64,000 bases of DNA. Source: Rhodosorus marinus CCMP1338. Taxonomy: Eukaryota > Plantae > Rhodophyta. Numbering within the stretch: position 1 is the first letter of the stretch; each line of letters opens with the position of its first letter. Positions 44,934 to 56,226 of the stretch are shown here, piece by piece. The position numbers were made by a program, and so were the translations under genes. Location: positions 124,001 to 188,000 of the forward strand of contig JAMWBK010000008.1 in assembly GCA_029953675.1 (NCBI GenBank), given 5' to 3'. A model generated the notes under the pieces. That model made no database searches. It was not told the DNA's origin and saw only the letters and a program-made list of their open reading frames with translations.

Positions 44934-47900
44934 CTGGCTTTATTAGCATAGCCTGAAGCGCTACGCAAGGCGTGAAAAGGGACTAAGGACTAGGTAGGGA
45001 AGCGTGCAAACCCAGGCGCCTATGGCGCGCCTGAGCAAGCATGCTGCTCGAGTAGCGCCACAGAGAGACGCTTAAACGACGCAAAAGTTCCAAATATTCA
45101 ACAGGATGCTCAGCAAAACATTTCCGCAGCCACTCCAAACCCGACTTTTCCACGTGGCCAAAGCTTTCCACAATGAAAGGCTGGAACCGGTGTGAGCGAC
45201 CCTCTGCACAAGGCAGACTGGCCATACTCTCAGCGTACCGTCGTTCCTTCACTCGGCGAAGGGCAGAAGCGGCTGCCCCCCGGCGGCGGGCGGCAGCAGT
45301 GAGATGGTCGCTGGCAACAGGGCATGTAATCGCGAGGTCCACATATGTTGAGCGTCTGGCGGCAGCGTCGGAGACAAGAAGATCTGCGATACAGCGGGGC
45401 GGCGCTGTTTCCGAGACCGATATGGGCAGCTCCGATTCCACCTCCACCGTGTGCCCTACCCGAGTCAAACTTTCGCTAAGAATGTATTTGAAGCGAGTGT
45501 GACGCCTCGTACGAAGACCTCTCAACAATCCGCATGAGCCTAAGAAGTGGTAACCACAAGCATCAATCCGACTCTCACATCCCTGACAGAAAGACGGCCG
45601 ATTAGAGTTCCACGGAGCTTGTGGCAAACCCAGGTAGATCCGTGCGGCAGAGCGGAACTGGAAGGCATCGAAACGGTGACCCAGTGACGATGGCAGCGTG
45701 GTTAACCACAAGTGCGATAGATGGCCTCCCATGCCGCGGAGGCGAGCAGCGGTGGTAGGCGGTGTCAGGGGAGAGTTGAGCAAGATTGGGTGAGCGGCAC
45801 TGTGTTGGCCCCAGGTGAGGCTATGTTGAATCACATCAGTGCGTGAGCTCCACGATCGGCTCAGACCCGGATAATCTGCAACCGGTGACCCGGGATTAAC
45901 TTCCCCCTCGTCGGCGAGTACTCTGTCGATGGGAGATTCCTCGCTCGCTTCCGCTCGTCCCCACAACAGCTCCTTCCAGGAGCGAAATCTGGATCGATTC
46001 TCGTCCGGCACGGCGTTGCACTTACTGAACGCCTGTTGCAGACCATCATAGATACTCAAAAGCGGCGGCGGAAGGGTCACAGGGTCTTCGCTAGTCAGTG
46101 CTCGAGCCAAAAGGCAGGCACTCCGCATCCGAAAACTCACCAAGGCACGAAGCGCGGTAGCCCAGGAGGCGACCGCCGCAGGCGAGCATACGAGCCCACG
46201 GTCTGCAACACCAAATCCACCTAATCGCAAAGATAGAGCGAGCTGAGCCCGAATTAAATCCCTGTCTGGAGCAGATTCGGGATCCAAGGGTTCATCCAAG
46301 AGCGTTCCCCAATGCTTCAGCATCATCGCGTCGGCCTTGCCGGCGATCCACGCTCCCCAATGTGGTGGTAGGCTGCGCAACCAATAGCTGAGCCGCGGAC
46401 CGGCGCAGAAGCGGGAAAGCAAGCATGCAGATTGCAGCGTGCTTTCAGGCAGACGCTCAATGGCGTCAGTCAACTGTTTGTGTCTGGCCAAGACCCGTTC
46501 GCAAGAGGCTTGAACGAAATGGCACTCCCTAAACCCACGCCATGGTGCTCGAGCCCTTCACGTTCACCGATGAGGCGCAGACGAGGCGGCAAAGAGACCA
46601 GCGAAACTTCACTCGGGCGGAGAAAACGGCATTTTGTAGGTTCGACGATCAGACCTACTCCACGTGCAATCGCTTCGATCTGGGTCAACGCCTGAGCCAG
46701 GGTCTCAGGGGTGCCCAGCAACGTGACGTCGTCGTGATAAGCGCAGATACGAAGTTCCGGAACCTCAGTCGCGAGACGCAGGAGAACGAGCTGCAAAGCA
46801 CAGGCGTGAAGGACCGGCCCACAAGGATCGCCTTGTTGGACTCCAGTATGCGCCTCAAAAACAGTGCCCCGCGTTGTCCAGTAAGGGAGGCTTCCCCCTC
46901 CGTAAATACCCGATAGAAAAGGCCAGGCCTCCGGGAAGACCCTGCGAATCACCTCTAGAGCATGCTTCCGCGAAACGCTGTTGAAAGCGTTGCGGAAGTC
47001 AACCACCAAAACGCCCAAGTCCGGCCTGTTGGCTCGCTCCAGCTCAATCGCATGTGTGATCAATTCACAACCCCCAGAGAATCCCACCCCTACTTGCAAA
47101 GGCGCCAGAAAAGCTGCGACGCGCTGGCGAAGGCGCTGGCAAATCCACCTCCCGGCTAATTTCCTGAGGCTCTCGACCATACCGATCGGTCGGAGACGCG
47201 GATGTGCCGGCTCGTGGTCGGCTTTCGTGAGCAAGCAAAGTTGTGCCCGCCTGAGATGATCCCACGGGGCAGACGTACCTCCTGCGCCCTGAAACAGCGA
47301 GTTGAGGATCTTCACCAGTGCGCCCCGGCCAGCGTTGCTCAAGGCCTGCAAGACTTCCGTCCGTAGCCGGGAATGTCCAGGACAGCGTCCACGACGGGAG
47401 GTCCGGAGTAACTCCTCCAGATCAGACTCCTTGAGCGTCAGGTCAAGGCGAAATCTCGCCAACTCCGGACGGTCCAAGAACGACGCGAATTCAGGGAGCA
47501 AATCCACGTCGGAAGAAGGGAACAAAGCCGACACCGTCGGGTCGAGACTTTCTTCGTAAGGGAGGACAGGCGCCTGGCCCTCCAAAACCCGTGCCGCTCG
47601 ACTCAAGTCGCCAACCGCCACCAATCTCTGCACTCGAGCCGTCAGAGGCGAGACTATTCCAGCCCGAGCCCGACCGGCGGCTACTTCGGATGAAGCCAAG
47701 TAACTTTCTTGCAACGCCTCGAATTCGCCCTTCAGGAATAGTGTCAACCGCTCGCGAACTCTCCATCGGCGCTCTGGTGTGCAAACAGGGGCCAGGATCA
47801 ACCGCGGCATGACGCCCAGGAGTTCCCACATAACCGCGTCGCGTCGGTTGCGCGCCAAACTCAAGAAGATGAAGTCGAGGATGGTCCCAGCCCTAAAGAG

Positions 47901-49735
47901 CTCTCTGCGAGGGAGGACGAGAGGCGGAATCCTGCCCCGGAGGGGTAGGAAGCCTCCTTCCAAAGAAATCCACCGCCGGAGCCAACTCCGCAACCGCGTT
48001 CGCCAGATACCCCAGTCGACCCCCTCGCCCTGAACGTAGGCTTGCAGGTCCAGTGGCTGCGATCTCGCAGCCGATCCAGAGGACCTAATCGTGCTTCTCC
48101 CCCTTAGACCCGGGGGAGTCGGTCCTCGCACGTTTACCTCCTAACCGCACCAAAGAAGTCAACCGTCCACTCCGCGAGGCCCTCGGTATGGCTCCCCGGG
48201 GCTTCAACAAAGTAATAGGAGGGTTCTCGACCGACATGCCCTCTGGCTCCCCTTCCTCGCCACTCGCACTGAAAGTGGTGCTGGGAGTAGGGCCCTCTAA
48301 TACCCCCAACCGGCGCAGCTCGGCCTTGTGACTCGAGGTCAGCACAAGGCGCCTCTCATGGTCGAAACAGGTAGAGACGGCGGCGCGCAGATGGCGTGGA
48401 CCCGACGCGAAACGCGCCAAAAGTATCCGCTCAATGCGATGAATGCGAAGCCAATGGATGGCTGCGGCTTTCACACTAGACTCGTGCTCGGAGAGCCCCG
48501 CTGTTTCTCCTGGAGACGGGAAAGTTCCCGAGAAACGGTCGAACTCGAAATGCAGGACGACCTGGGGGTGAGAACGCAACCAGCGGGCGCTCTCAGGCCA
48601 CTGCTCGGTAGGCTTCGCCAGCAGGGCCTGCAGGTACGTGGCTGCGGTTGCAGTGACCACAAAAAGGACATCGCGGCCCTCATAATTCGCGAAGATAAAG
48701 TCTTCACGGCAACACACCAAAGACTCCGCAAACGTATTCCGGAAATCGGGCATGGATGGGACCTGGCCCCGTGTAGTCTGGGGCCGGACGTTGCGCACCC
48801 AGAGAAATTGCAAATTCGTCGCTTCAGGTCCGCCTTGCGGCTCGCGAGAGGGCAAGAATCGTAGCATAGCCGCCGTCCGTGCGGCGGTGGTGCCCTTCCG
48901 CAAAACCGAGGCGTAAGAGGGCCCCCCCTTGGAGCCACCGCGTGCCCCCGCCTGCGCCTGGAGCTGTCGCCCACCTGAGGGCTGGCCAAGGACAGGAAAG
49001 TCTGCTCCCGCTGAGGGGGCGTTCGCAGGGTTAGGCTGAGCTTCTCCGTTGCCCCCCCTGACCGAGCGCGGAAGCTCGGTTTGGCCCTGCTGTACACCCC
49101 CCGGCACCGTCCCGTCCCCACTAGTCCCATAGCCCTCGCCTGTCCCGGGACAAGTCCATGTTGACTGTTCTGGAGATGTTGACTGTCATCAGTCAACGTG
49201 GCCACGTGGGGGGATTTCAAACTACTACGCGGGTTTGATTTCCCACCGAAACCAGTCCCAATTCCAGCCCACCAAGCTTCTGGGTTAGCTGAGGCAGGAC
49301 GCCTCGATCTCCCGCAGCTGTGATAAGGCTAGTGACCGCCGAGAGTAGGGCGCGCACTTGAGTGCCAGAGGCACCCTCCAAGTCAACCTCTGAAGCAAAG
49401 GTGCCGTAGCTGACGCGAACACTCAGTCCACCACTGGGGAGTGCCTCCTTGTTATAGGGCTCCGTGGAGCTCGGAGATACCCCTGCCATCCTGAGAGGAT
49501 GGGCAAAGGAAACCTTGCACTACCAAAGAAACCTCTCCAAGAAAATAATTGACCCCACGACTCAATTGGGGAAAGCCCCTCAACGCACCCCCACGAGAGA
49601 GAGAGACAGTTGCAGTTGCAACGGCACACCCCGGAAAAGCGGGGGGAACGACTACCAGAGGAAGCGCTTCCCACAAACAAACACGCTCGCGACCGAAAAA
49701 GATTCAAAACCCCACTTCTTCGCCCCCCAAATCCT
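44934..49735 (-). mobile_element. Near full-length family B2 element, frameshifted
   Basis: ORF1 from ATG 49489 (at least two frameshifts) to 48085; ORF2 from CTG 48053 to 44983 with a frameshift near 46500; tail GCTAATAAAGCCAG. Confidence 0.9.
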
Positions 49736-49755
49736 CCAACCTTTTTGCATTTTGA

Positions 49756-50645
49756 CTAAGAACTAGGTAGGGAAGCGTGCAAACCCAGGCGCCTATGGCG
49801 CGCCTGAGCAAGCACGCTGCTCGAGTAGCGCCACAGAGAGACGCTTAAACGACGCAAAAGTTCCAAATATTCAACAGGATGCTCAGCAAAACATTTCCGC
49901 AGCCACTCCAAACCCGACTTTTCCACGTGGCCAAAGCTTTCCACAATGAATGGCTGCAACCGGTGAGAGCGACCCTCTGCACCAGGCAGACTGGCCATGC
50001 TCCCAGCATACCGTCGTTCCTTAACTCTTCGAAGGGCTGAAGCCGCGGCCCCCCGGCGGCGGGCGGCTGCGGTGAGGTGGGCTTTATTAGCATAGCCTAC
50101 AGCGCTACGCAAACCGTCAAAAGGAACTAAGAACTAGGTAGGGAAGCGTGCAAACCCAGGCGCCGATGGCGCGCCTCGGCAAGCATGCTGCTCGAATATC
50201 GCCACAGAGAGAAACTTAAGCGCCGCAAAACTTCCAAGTATTCAACCGGATGCTCAGTGAAACATTTCCGCAACCACTCCAAACCCGACTTCTCCACGTG
50301 ACCAAAGCTTTCCACAATGAAAGGCTGAAACCGATGGGAGCGACCCTCAGCGCGAGGCAGGCTGGCCATACTCTCAGCATACCGTCGTTCCTTCACGCGG
50401 AGACGAAGCAGCTGCTCCCCGGCGACGGGCGGCAGCCGTGAGATGGGCGCTTGCCACAGGGCATGTAATCGCCAGGTCAACATATGCTGAGCGTCTGGCG
50501 GCAGCATCGGAGACGAGGAGATCTGCGATACAGCAGGGTGGTGCCGTGTCCGATACCGATCTGGGTAGTTCCGATTCCACCTCAACCGTATGCCCTACCC
50601 GAGTCAGACATTCGCTGAGAATGTACTGGCTTTATTAGCATAAAT
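49756..50645 (-). mobile_element. Stack of B2-type 3' fragments and a tail remnant
   Basis: REL C-termini at 49756-50078 and 50127-50627; tails at ~50079-50100 and 50624-50645. Confidence 0.85.
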
Positions 50646-50646
50646 A

Positions 50647-51394
50647 CTGGTTTTACTAACATAGCCTGATGCGCTACGCAAGGCGTGAAAAGGAACTAAG
50701 AACTAGGTAGGAAAGCGTGAAAACCCAGGCGCCTATGGCGCGCCTCGGCAAGCATGCTACTCGAATATCGCCACAGAGAGACACTTAAACGCCGCAAAAG
50801 TTCCAAGCATTCAACAGGATGCTCAGTAAAACATTTCCGCAACCACTCCAAACCCGACTTCTCCACGTGACCAAAGCTTTCCACAATGAAAGGCTGGGAC
50901 CGGTGGGAGCGACCCTCAGCGCGAGGCAGACTGGCCATACTCTCAGCATAGCGTCGTTCCTTCGCGCGGCGAAGGGCCGAAGCCGCTGCTCCCCGGCGGC
51001 GGGCGGCAGCCGTGAGATGGGCGCTTGCCACAGGGCATGTAATCGCCAGGTAAACATATGCTGAGCGTCTGGCGGCAGCATCGGAAACGATGAGATCTGC
51101 GATACAGCGGGGCGGTGCCGTCTCCGAGACCGATCTGGGTAGTTCCGATTCCACCTCAACCGTATGCCCTACCCGAGTCAAACATTCGCTGAGAATGTAC
51201 TGAAACGGGTGTGAAGCCTCGTACGAAGACCTCTCAACAGTCCACATGAACCTAAGAAGTGGAAGCCACAAGCATCAATCCGACTCTCACATCCCTGACA
51301 GAAAGACGGCCGATTAGAGTGCCACGGAGCTTGTGGCAAACCCAAATAGATCCGTGCAGCAGAGCGGAACTGAAAGGCATCGAGACGGTGACCC
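50647..51394 (-). mobile_element. Family B3 element, 3' part
   Basis: Joins 56227 as TTLPSSL|GHRLDAF once B1 copy 3 is removed; tail GTTAGTAAAACCAG. Confidence 0.85.
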
Positions 51395-51403
51395 AGTGAC
51401 GAG

Positions 51404-54400
51404 ACAGTGAGGAGTTGTTGTCGAAAATTGGAGTTTTGTTTCTTTTTCGGTCGCGAGCGTGTTCGTTTACGGGAAGCGCTTCCTCTGGTACGCCTTCCCC
51501 TCGATTTTCCGCGGGGCGTCGTTTGCATTTGCAACTACTTCTGTCTTCCGGGTGGGTTTGTTGCGGGGCCTTTCCTATTTGGGTTGGGTTTGGTCGATTA
51601 TTCTCTCGGTGCGGTTTCATATTGGTGGTGCAACGTTTCCTTTGCGCATTACCTCATGATGGTAGGGATATCTCCGCGCTCGACGGAGCCTCATCCCAAG
51701 GAGGCACTGCCAGGTCGGGGACTCCGTGTTCGCCTCAGCTGCGGCACCTTTTCTTCCGAGGTTGACTTGGAAGGCGCTTCTGGCACCCAGGCGCGTGCAC
51801 TTATCTCCGCTGTCACCAGCCTGATCACGGCTGCGAGTGATCGTGGAGTGCTCCCTCAGCTCACCCAGAAGCTAGGTGGGCTGGAATCGGGATTGCTGGC
51901 CAGGTCAAATTCAAATTCGGACGAGAATTTGAATTGCCCCAGAGTGGCAGCGTTGGCTGAAGGCAGTCAACATCAGGTCAATCAACATGAACCTGTCCCG
52001 GGACAGGCGAGGGCTGTTGCTTCTGCGCGGGACAGTACGACGTTGGGGAGCGGCAGGCCGGGCCAAAACGCGCTTCAGCGCTCGGGGACTCGAGGCAATG
52101 GTGGTGGTGACTGTGCGGCAACCGGTGTGGAGGAGACTGCAGCTGTGGACTTCCCTCTCTTGGACCAGCCCTCAGGTGGTCACCAGCTCCCGGTTACTGC
52201 GGGGGCACGTGGTGGCCGCAAGGGGGGCGTTTCGTACGCATCAGTCTTGCGGAAGGGCACCACTGCCACACGTACGGCGGCTATGCTCCGTTTCATACCA
52301 TCTCGCGAGCCTCAGGATGGGCCTGTGGAGACCACTTTCCAATTTCTGTGGGTGCGAAATGTCCGGCCCCAGACTACACGAGGACAGGTTCTGTCTATGC
52401 GAGACTTCCGGGACACTTTTGCGGAATCGTTAGGGTGCAGCCGGGGTGATTTCTTCTTCGCAAACTATGAGGGCCGCGATGTGCTGTTTTTGGTCTCCGC
52501 AACCGCCGCCAAGTACCTGGAGGCCTTGCTGGCGAAGCCTACCGAGCAGTGGCCTGAGAGCGCCCGGTGGCTGCGCTGCAACCCGCAGGTGGTTTTGCAC
52601 TTGGATTTTGACCGTTTCTCGGGCAATTTCCTGTCTCCGGGAGAAACGGCAGGGCTCTCTGAGCATGAGAGCAGCGTGAAGGCGGCAGCGATCCATTGGC
52701 TACGGATTCAGCGCCTTGAGAGGATCTTGTTGGAGCGGTTCCGGTCGGGCCCTCGTCACCTGCGCATGGCGGTGTCCAGCTTCTTCGATCTGGAGAGGCG
52801 ACTTGTGCTGACTTCGCGCTACAAGACAGAGCTGCAGCGGGTGGGGATTTTGGAGGGCTCTGCTTCCAGCACCACTTCCAGCGAGAGTGGTGAGGCAGGG
52901 GAGCAGACTGAGGGCATGGCGGTGGAGGACGCCCAGGTTACTTTGCTGAAGCCCGCGGGATCCGTTCCGCGAGCCTCGCGGAGTGGGCGGCTCACGACTT
53001 TGGTGCGGATAGGAGGTAAGAGAGCGAGGACCGACTCCCCCGGGTCTAAGGGGGAGAAGCACGATTAGCGCTCCAGGCACGGCTGCGAGGTCGCAGCCTA
53101 TGGATCTACAGTCTTATGTCCCGAAGGAGGGCGGATACTGGGGCATTTGGCGAACGCGTTTTCGGAGTTGGCTCCGGCGGTGGATTTTTTTGGAAGGAGG
53201 CTCGCTTCCCCTCCTTGAGGGCATTCCCCCAGTCGTCCTCCCTCGTGGAGACCTTCTAGTAGCTGGAACCATTCTCGATTTCATCTTCACGAGCCTGGCT
53301 CGCAACATTCGGGACACAGTCATTTGGGTTTTCCTGCGGGTCATGCCACGCCTGATTCTGGCCCCCATTCACACATCGGAGCGCAGATGGCGAGTACGAG
53401 ACCGACTGGCCCTGTTCTTGAAGGGAGACTTCGAAGTACTACAGCGCAGCTATTTGGCGTCGTCAGCACCATCCGCCCGTCGGACTCGGCATGGCACAGT
53501 GTCGCCCGTGCCGGCTCGAGTACAGAAATTGGTAGCAGTGGGCGATTTAAGTCGAGCGGCGCGGGTTTTGGAGGGCCAGGCGCCTGTCCTCCCCTACGAT
53601 GATAGTCTCGCCCAGACGGTGTCGTCTTTGTTCCCTGAGTCCGACGTGGACTTGTCCCCTGAATTCGAGGTATTCTTGGACCGTCCGGAGTTGGCCAGGT
53701 TTCGCATCGATCTGACGCTCAGTGAGTCTGACCTGGAGGATTTGCTTCGTACCTCGCGTCGGGGACGCTGTCCCGGACCCTCCGGACTAAGAACAGAGTT
53801 ATCGCAGGCCCTGAGGCAGCCTGGCCAGAGCGCGCTTTTGAGGATCCTTAACAAGTTGTTCCAGGGCGTATCGAGTGCGTCTGCGCCATGGGAACATCTC
53901 CGGCAGGCACAGCTTTGCTTGCTCACGAAACCTGACCACCAACCGGCCCACCAGCGTCTCCGGCCGAACGGGATGGTGGAGAGCCTACGGAACTTAGCCG
54001 GGAGGTGGCTATGCCAGCGCCTTCGCCAGCGAGTCACAGCTTTCATGGCGCCATTGCAAATAGGGGTGGGATTTTCTGGGGGTTGCGAACTGATCACCCA
54101 TGGGATCGAGCTAGAACGCGCCAGTAGGCCGGAGTGGGGAGTCTTGGTGGTTGATTTCCGGAACGCATTCAACAGCGTGTCGCGGACGCATGCGCTAGAG
54201 GTGCTCCGACGTGTGTTTCCGGAAGCGTGGCCGTTTCTATCGGGTATTTACGGAGGGGAGAGCCTCCCCTACTTGACAACGGAGGGCACTGTTTTTCAAG
54301 CATATACTGGCGTCCAACAAGGCGACCCTTGCGGACCTCTTCTTCATGCCTGTGCCCTACAGCTCGTACTTTTACGTCTTTCGACTGAGGTCTCGGATCT

Positions 54401-56217
54401 TCGAATCTGCGCGTACCACGATGACGTAACATTGCTGGGCACCCTGACACCCTGGCTAGGGGGCTGACCGCGATCGAAGCGATTGCACGTCGCGTCGGTT
54501 TGACTGTGGAAACAGAAAAATGTCGCTTTCTGCCCCCGAGGGACGTGTCGCTGACCTCTCTGCCACCCACTCTGCGACTAATCAGCGAACGTGAAGGGTT
54601 CGAACACCACGGCGTCGGATTGGGCACTGACAACTTTGTCCAAGCATCCTGCGAGCGAGTTTTGGCACGGCACAAGCAACTCACCGACGCCATTGAGCAC
54701 CTACCCGACAGCATGCTGCAATCGGCCTGCTTGTTTTCCCGCTTTTGTGCCGGTCCCAGACTCAACTACTGGTTGCGCAGCCTGCCTCCAGCTTGGGGCT
54801 CGTGGATCGCTGCTAAAGCCGACGAAATGACCCTGCAAAACTGGGGAACGCTCTTGGATGAGCCCCTCGATCTTGAAGCTGCTCCCGACAGGGACTTGAT
54901 TCGTGCACAGATCGCTCTACCGTTGCGATTAGGAGGATTCGGCGTCGCAGACCGTAGGCTGGTATGCTCGCCAGCGGCGGTTGCCTCCTGGGCTACCGCG
55001 CTGCGAACGTTGGTGACCTTCCAGATGCGAAGTGCCTGCCTCTTGGCTCGAGCTTTGACCAACGAGGATCCAGTGACCCTGCCGCCCCCGCTTTTGACAA
55101 TTTATGATGGTCTTCAACACGCGTTCAGGAGGTGCAACGCCGTGCCGGACGCAAATAGGTCCCGCTTTCGTTCCTGGAGGGAGCTGTTATGGGGACGAGC
55201 TAAAGCGATTGAGAATTCTCCCCTCGACCGAGTTCTTGCCGATGACGGAGAGGCTAGCCCCGGGTAACCTGTTGCAGACTACCCGGGTTTGAGCCGATTG
55301 TGGAGCTCCCGCGCTGATGTGATTCAACATAGCCTCACCTGGGGCCAACACAGTGCCGCTCACACAGTCATGCTCAATTCTCCTCTCACGCCGCCTACCA
55401 CTGCCGCTCGTCTCCGCGCCATGGAGGCCACCTCTCGCACTTGTGGTTAACCACTCTACCGTCGTCATTGAGTCATCGTCTCGATGCTTTCCAGTTCCGT
55501 TCTGCCGCACGGATCTATCTCGGTTTGCCACAGGCTCCGTGGCACTCTAATCGGCCGTCTTTCTGTCAGGGATGTGAGAGCCGGATTGACGCTTGTGGCT
55601 ACCACTTCCTGGGTTCCTGCGGACTGTTGAGAGGTCTCCGTACGAGGCGTCACACTCGCCTCAAGTACATCCTCAGCGAGTTTTTGACTCGGATAGGGCA
55701 TACGGTTGAGGTTGAGTCGGAACTGCCCAGATCAATCTCGGACTCTGCACCGCCCCGTTGTATAGCCGATCTCCTCGTCTCCGACGCTGCTGCCAGACGC
55801 TCAACATATGTGGACCTTGCGATTACCTGCCCCGTGGCCAGCGCCCACCTCACCGCAGCCGCCTGCCGCCGGGGCGCCGCGGCTTCAGCCCTTCGAAGAG
55901 TTAAGGAACGACGGTATGCTGAGAGCATGGCCAGTCTGCCTTGCGCTGAGGGCCGCTCTCACCGGTTCCAGCCATTCATTGTGGAAAGCTTTGGTCACGT
56001 CGATAAGTCGGGTTTAGAGTGGTTGCGGAAATGTTTTGCTGAGCATCCTACTGAATATTTGGCGCTCTTGAGGCGTTTAAGTGTCTCCCTTTGGCGATAT
56101 TCCAGCGACATGCTTTCCGAGGCGCGCCATCGGCGCCTGGGGTTGCATGCTTCCCTCCCTAGTTATTAGTTCATCTTCACGCCTTGCGTAGCACTTCAGG
56201 CTATGCTAGTAAAGTCG
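51404..56217 (+). mobile_element. Full-length family B1 element, copy 3, with 9-bp TSD
   Basis: AGTGACGAG at 51395-51403 and 56218-56226; ORF2 53100-56169 broken by frameshift ~54441, TAA 55265 and frameshift ~55421. Confidence 0.92.
51659..53068 (+). CDS. B1 ORF1, intact, 469 aa
   Basis: MVGISP...SYASVLRKG...WVRNVRPQ...SKGEKHD stop; the same C-terminus occurs in the copies at 35349, 48085 and 57765. Confidence 0.88.
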   Translation: MVGISPRSTEPHPKEALPGRGLRVRLSCGTFSSEVDLEGASGTQARALISAVTSLITAASDRGVLPQLTQKLGGLESGLLARSNSNSDENLNCPRVAALAEGSQHQVNQHEPVPGQARAVASARDSTTLGSGRPGQNALQRSGTRGNGGGDCAATGVEETAAVDFPLLDQPSGGHQLPVTAGARGGRKGGVSYASVLRKGTTATRTAAMLRFIPSREPQDGPVETTFQFLWVRNVRPQTTRGQVLSMRDFRDTFAESLGCSRGDFFFANYEGRDVLFLVSATAAKYLEALLAKPTEQWPESARWLRCNPQVVLHLDFDRFSGNFLSPGETAGLSEHESSVKAAAIHWLRIQRLERILLERFRSGPRHLRMAVSSFFDLERRLVLTSRYKTELQRVGILEGSASSTTSSESGEAGEQTEGMAVEDAQVTLLKPAGSVPRASRSGRLTTLVRIGGKRARTDSPGSKGEKHD

Positions 56218-56226
56218 AGTGACGAG

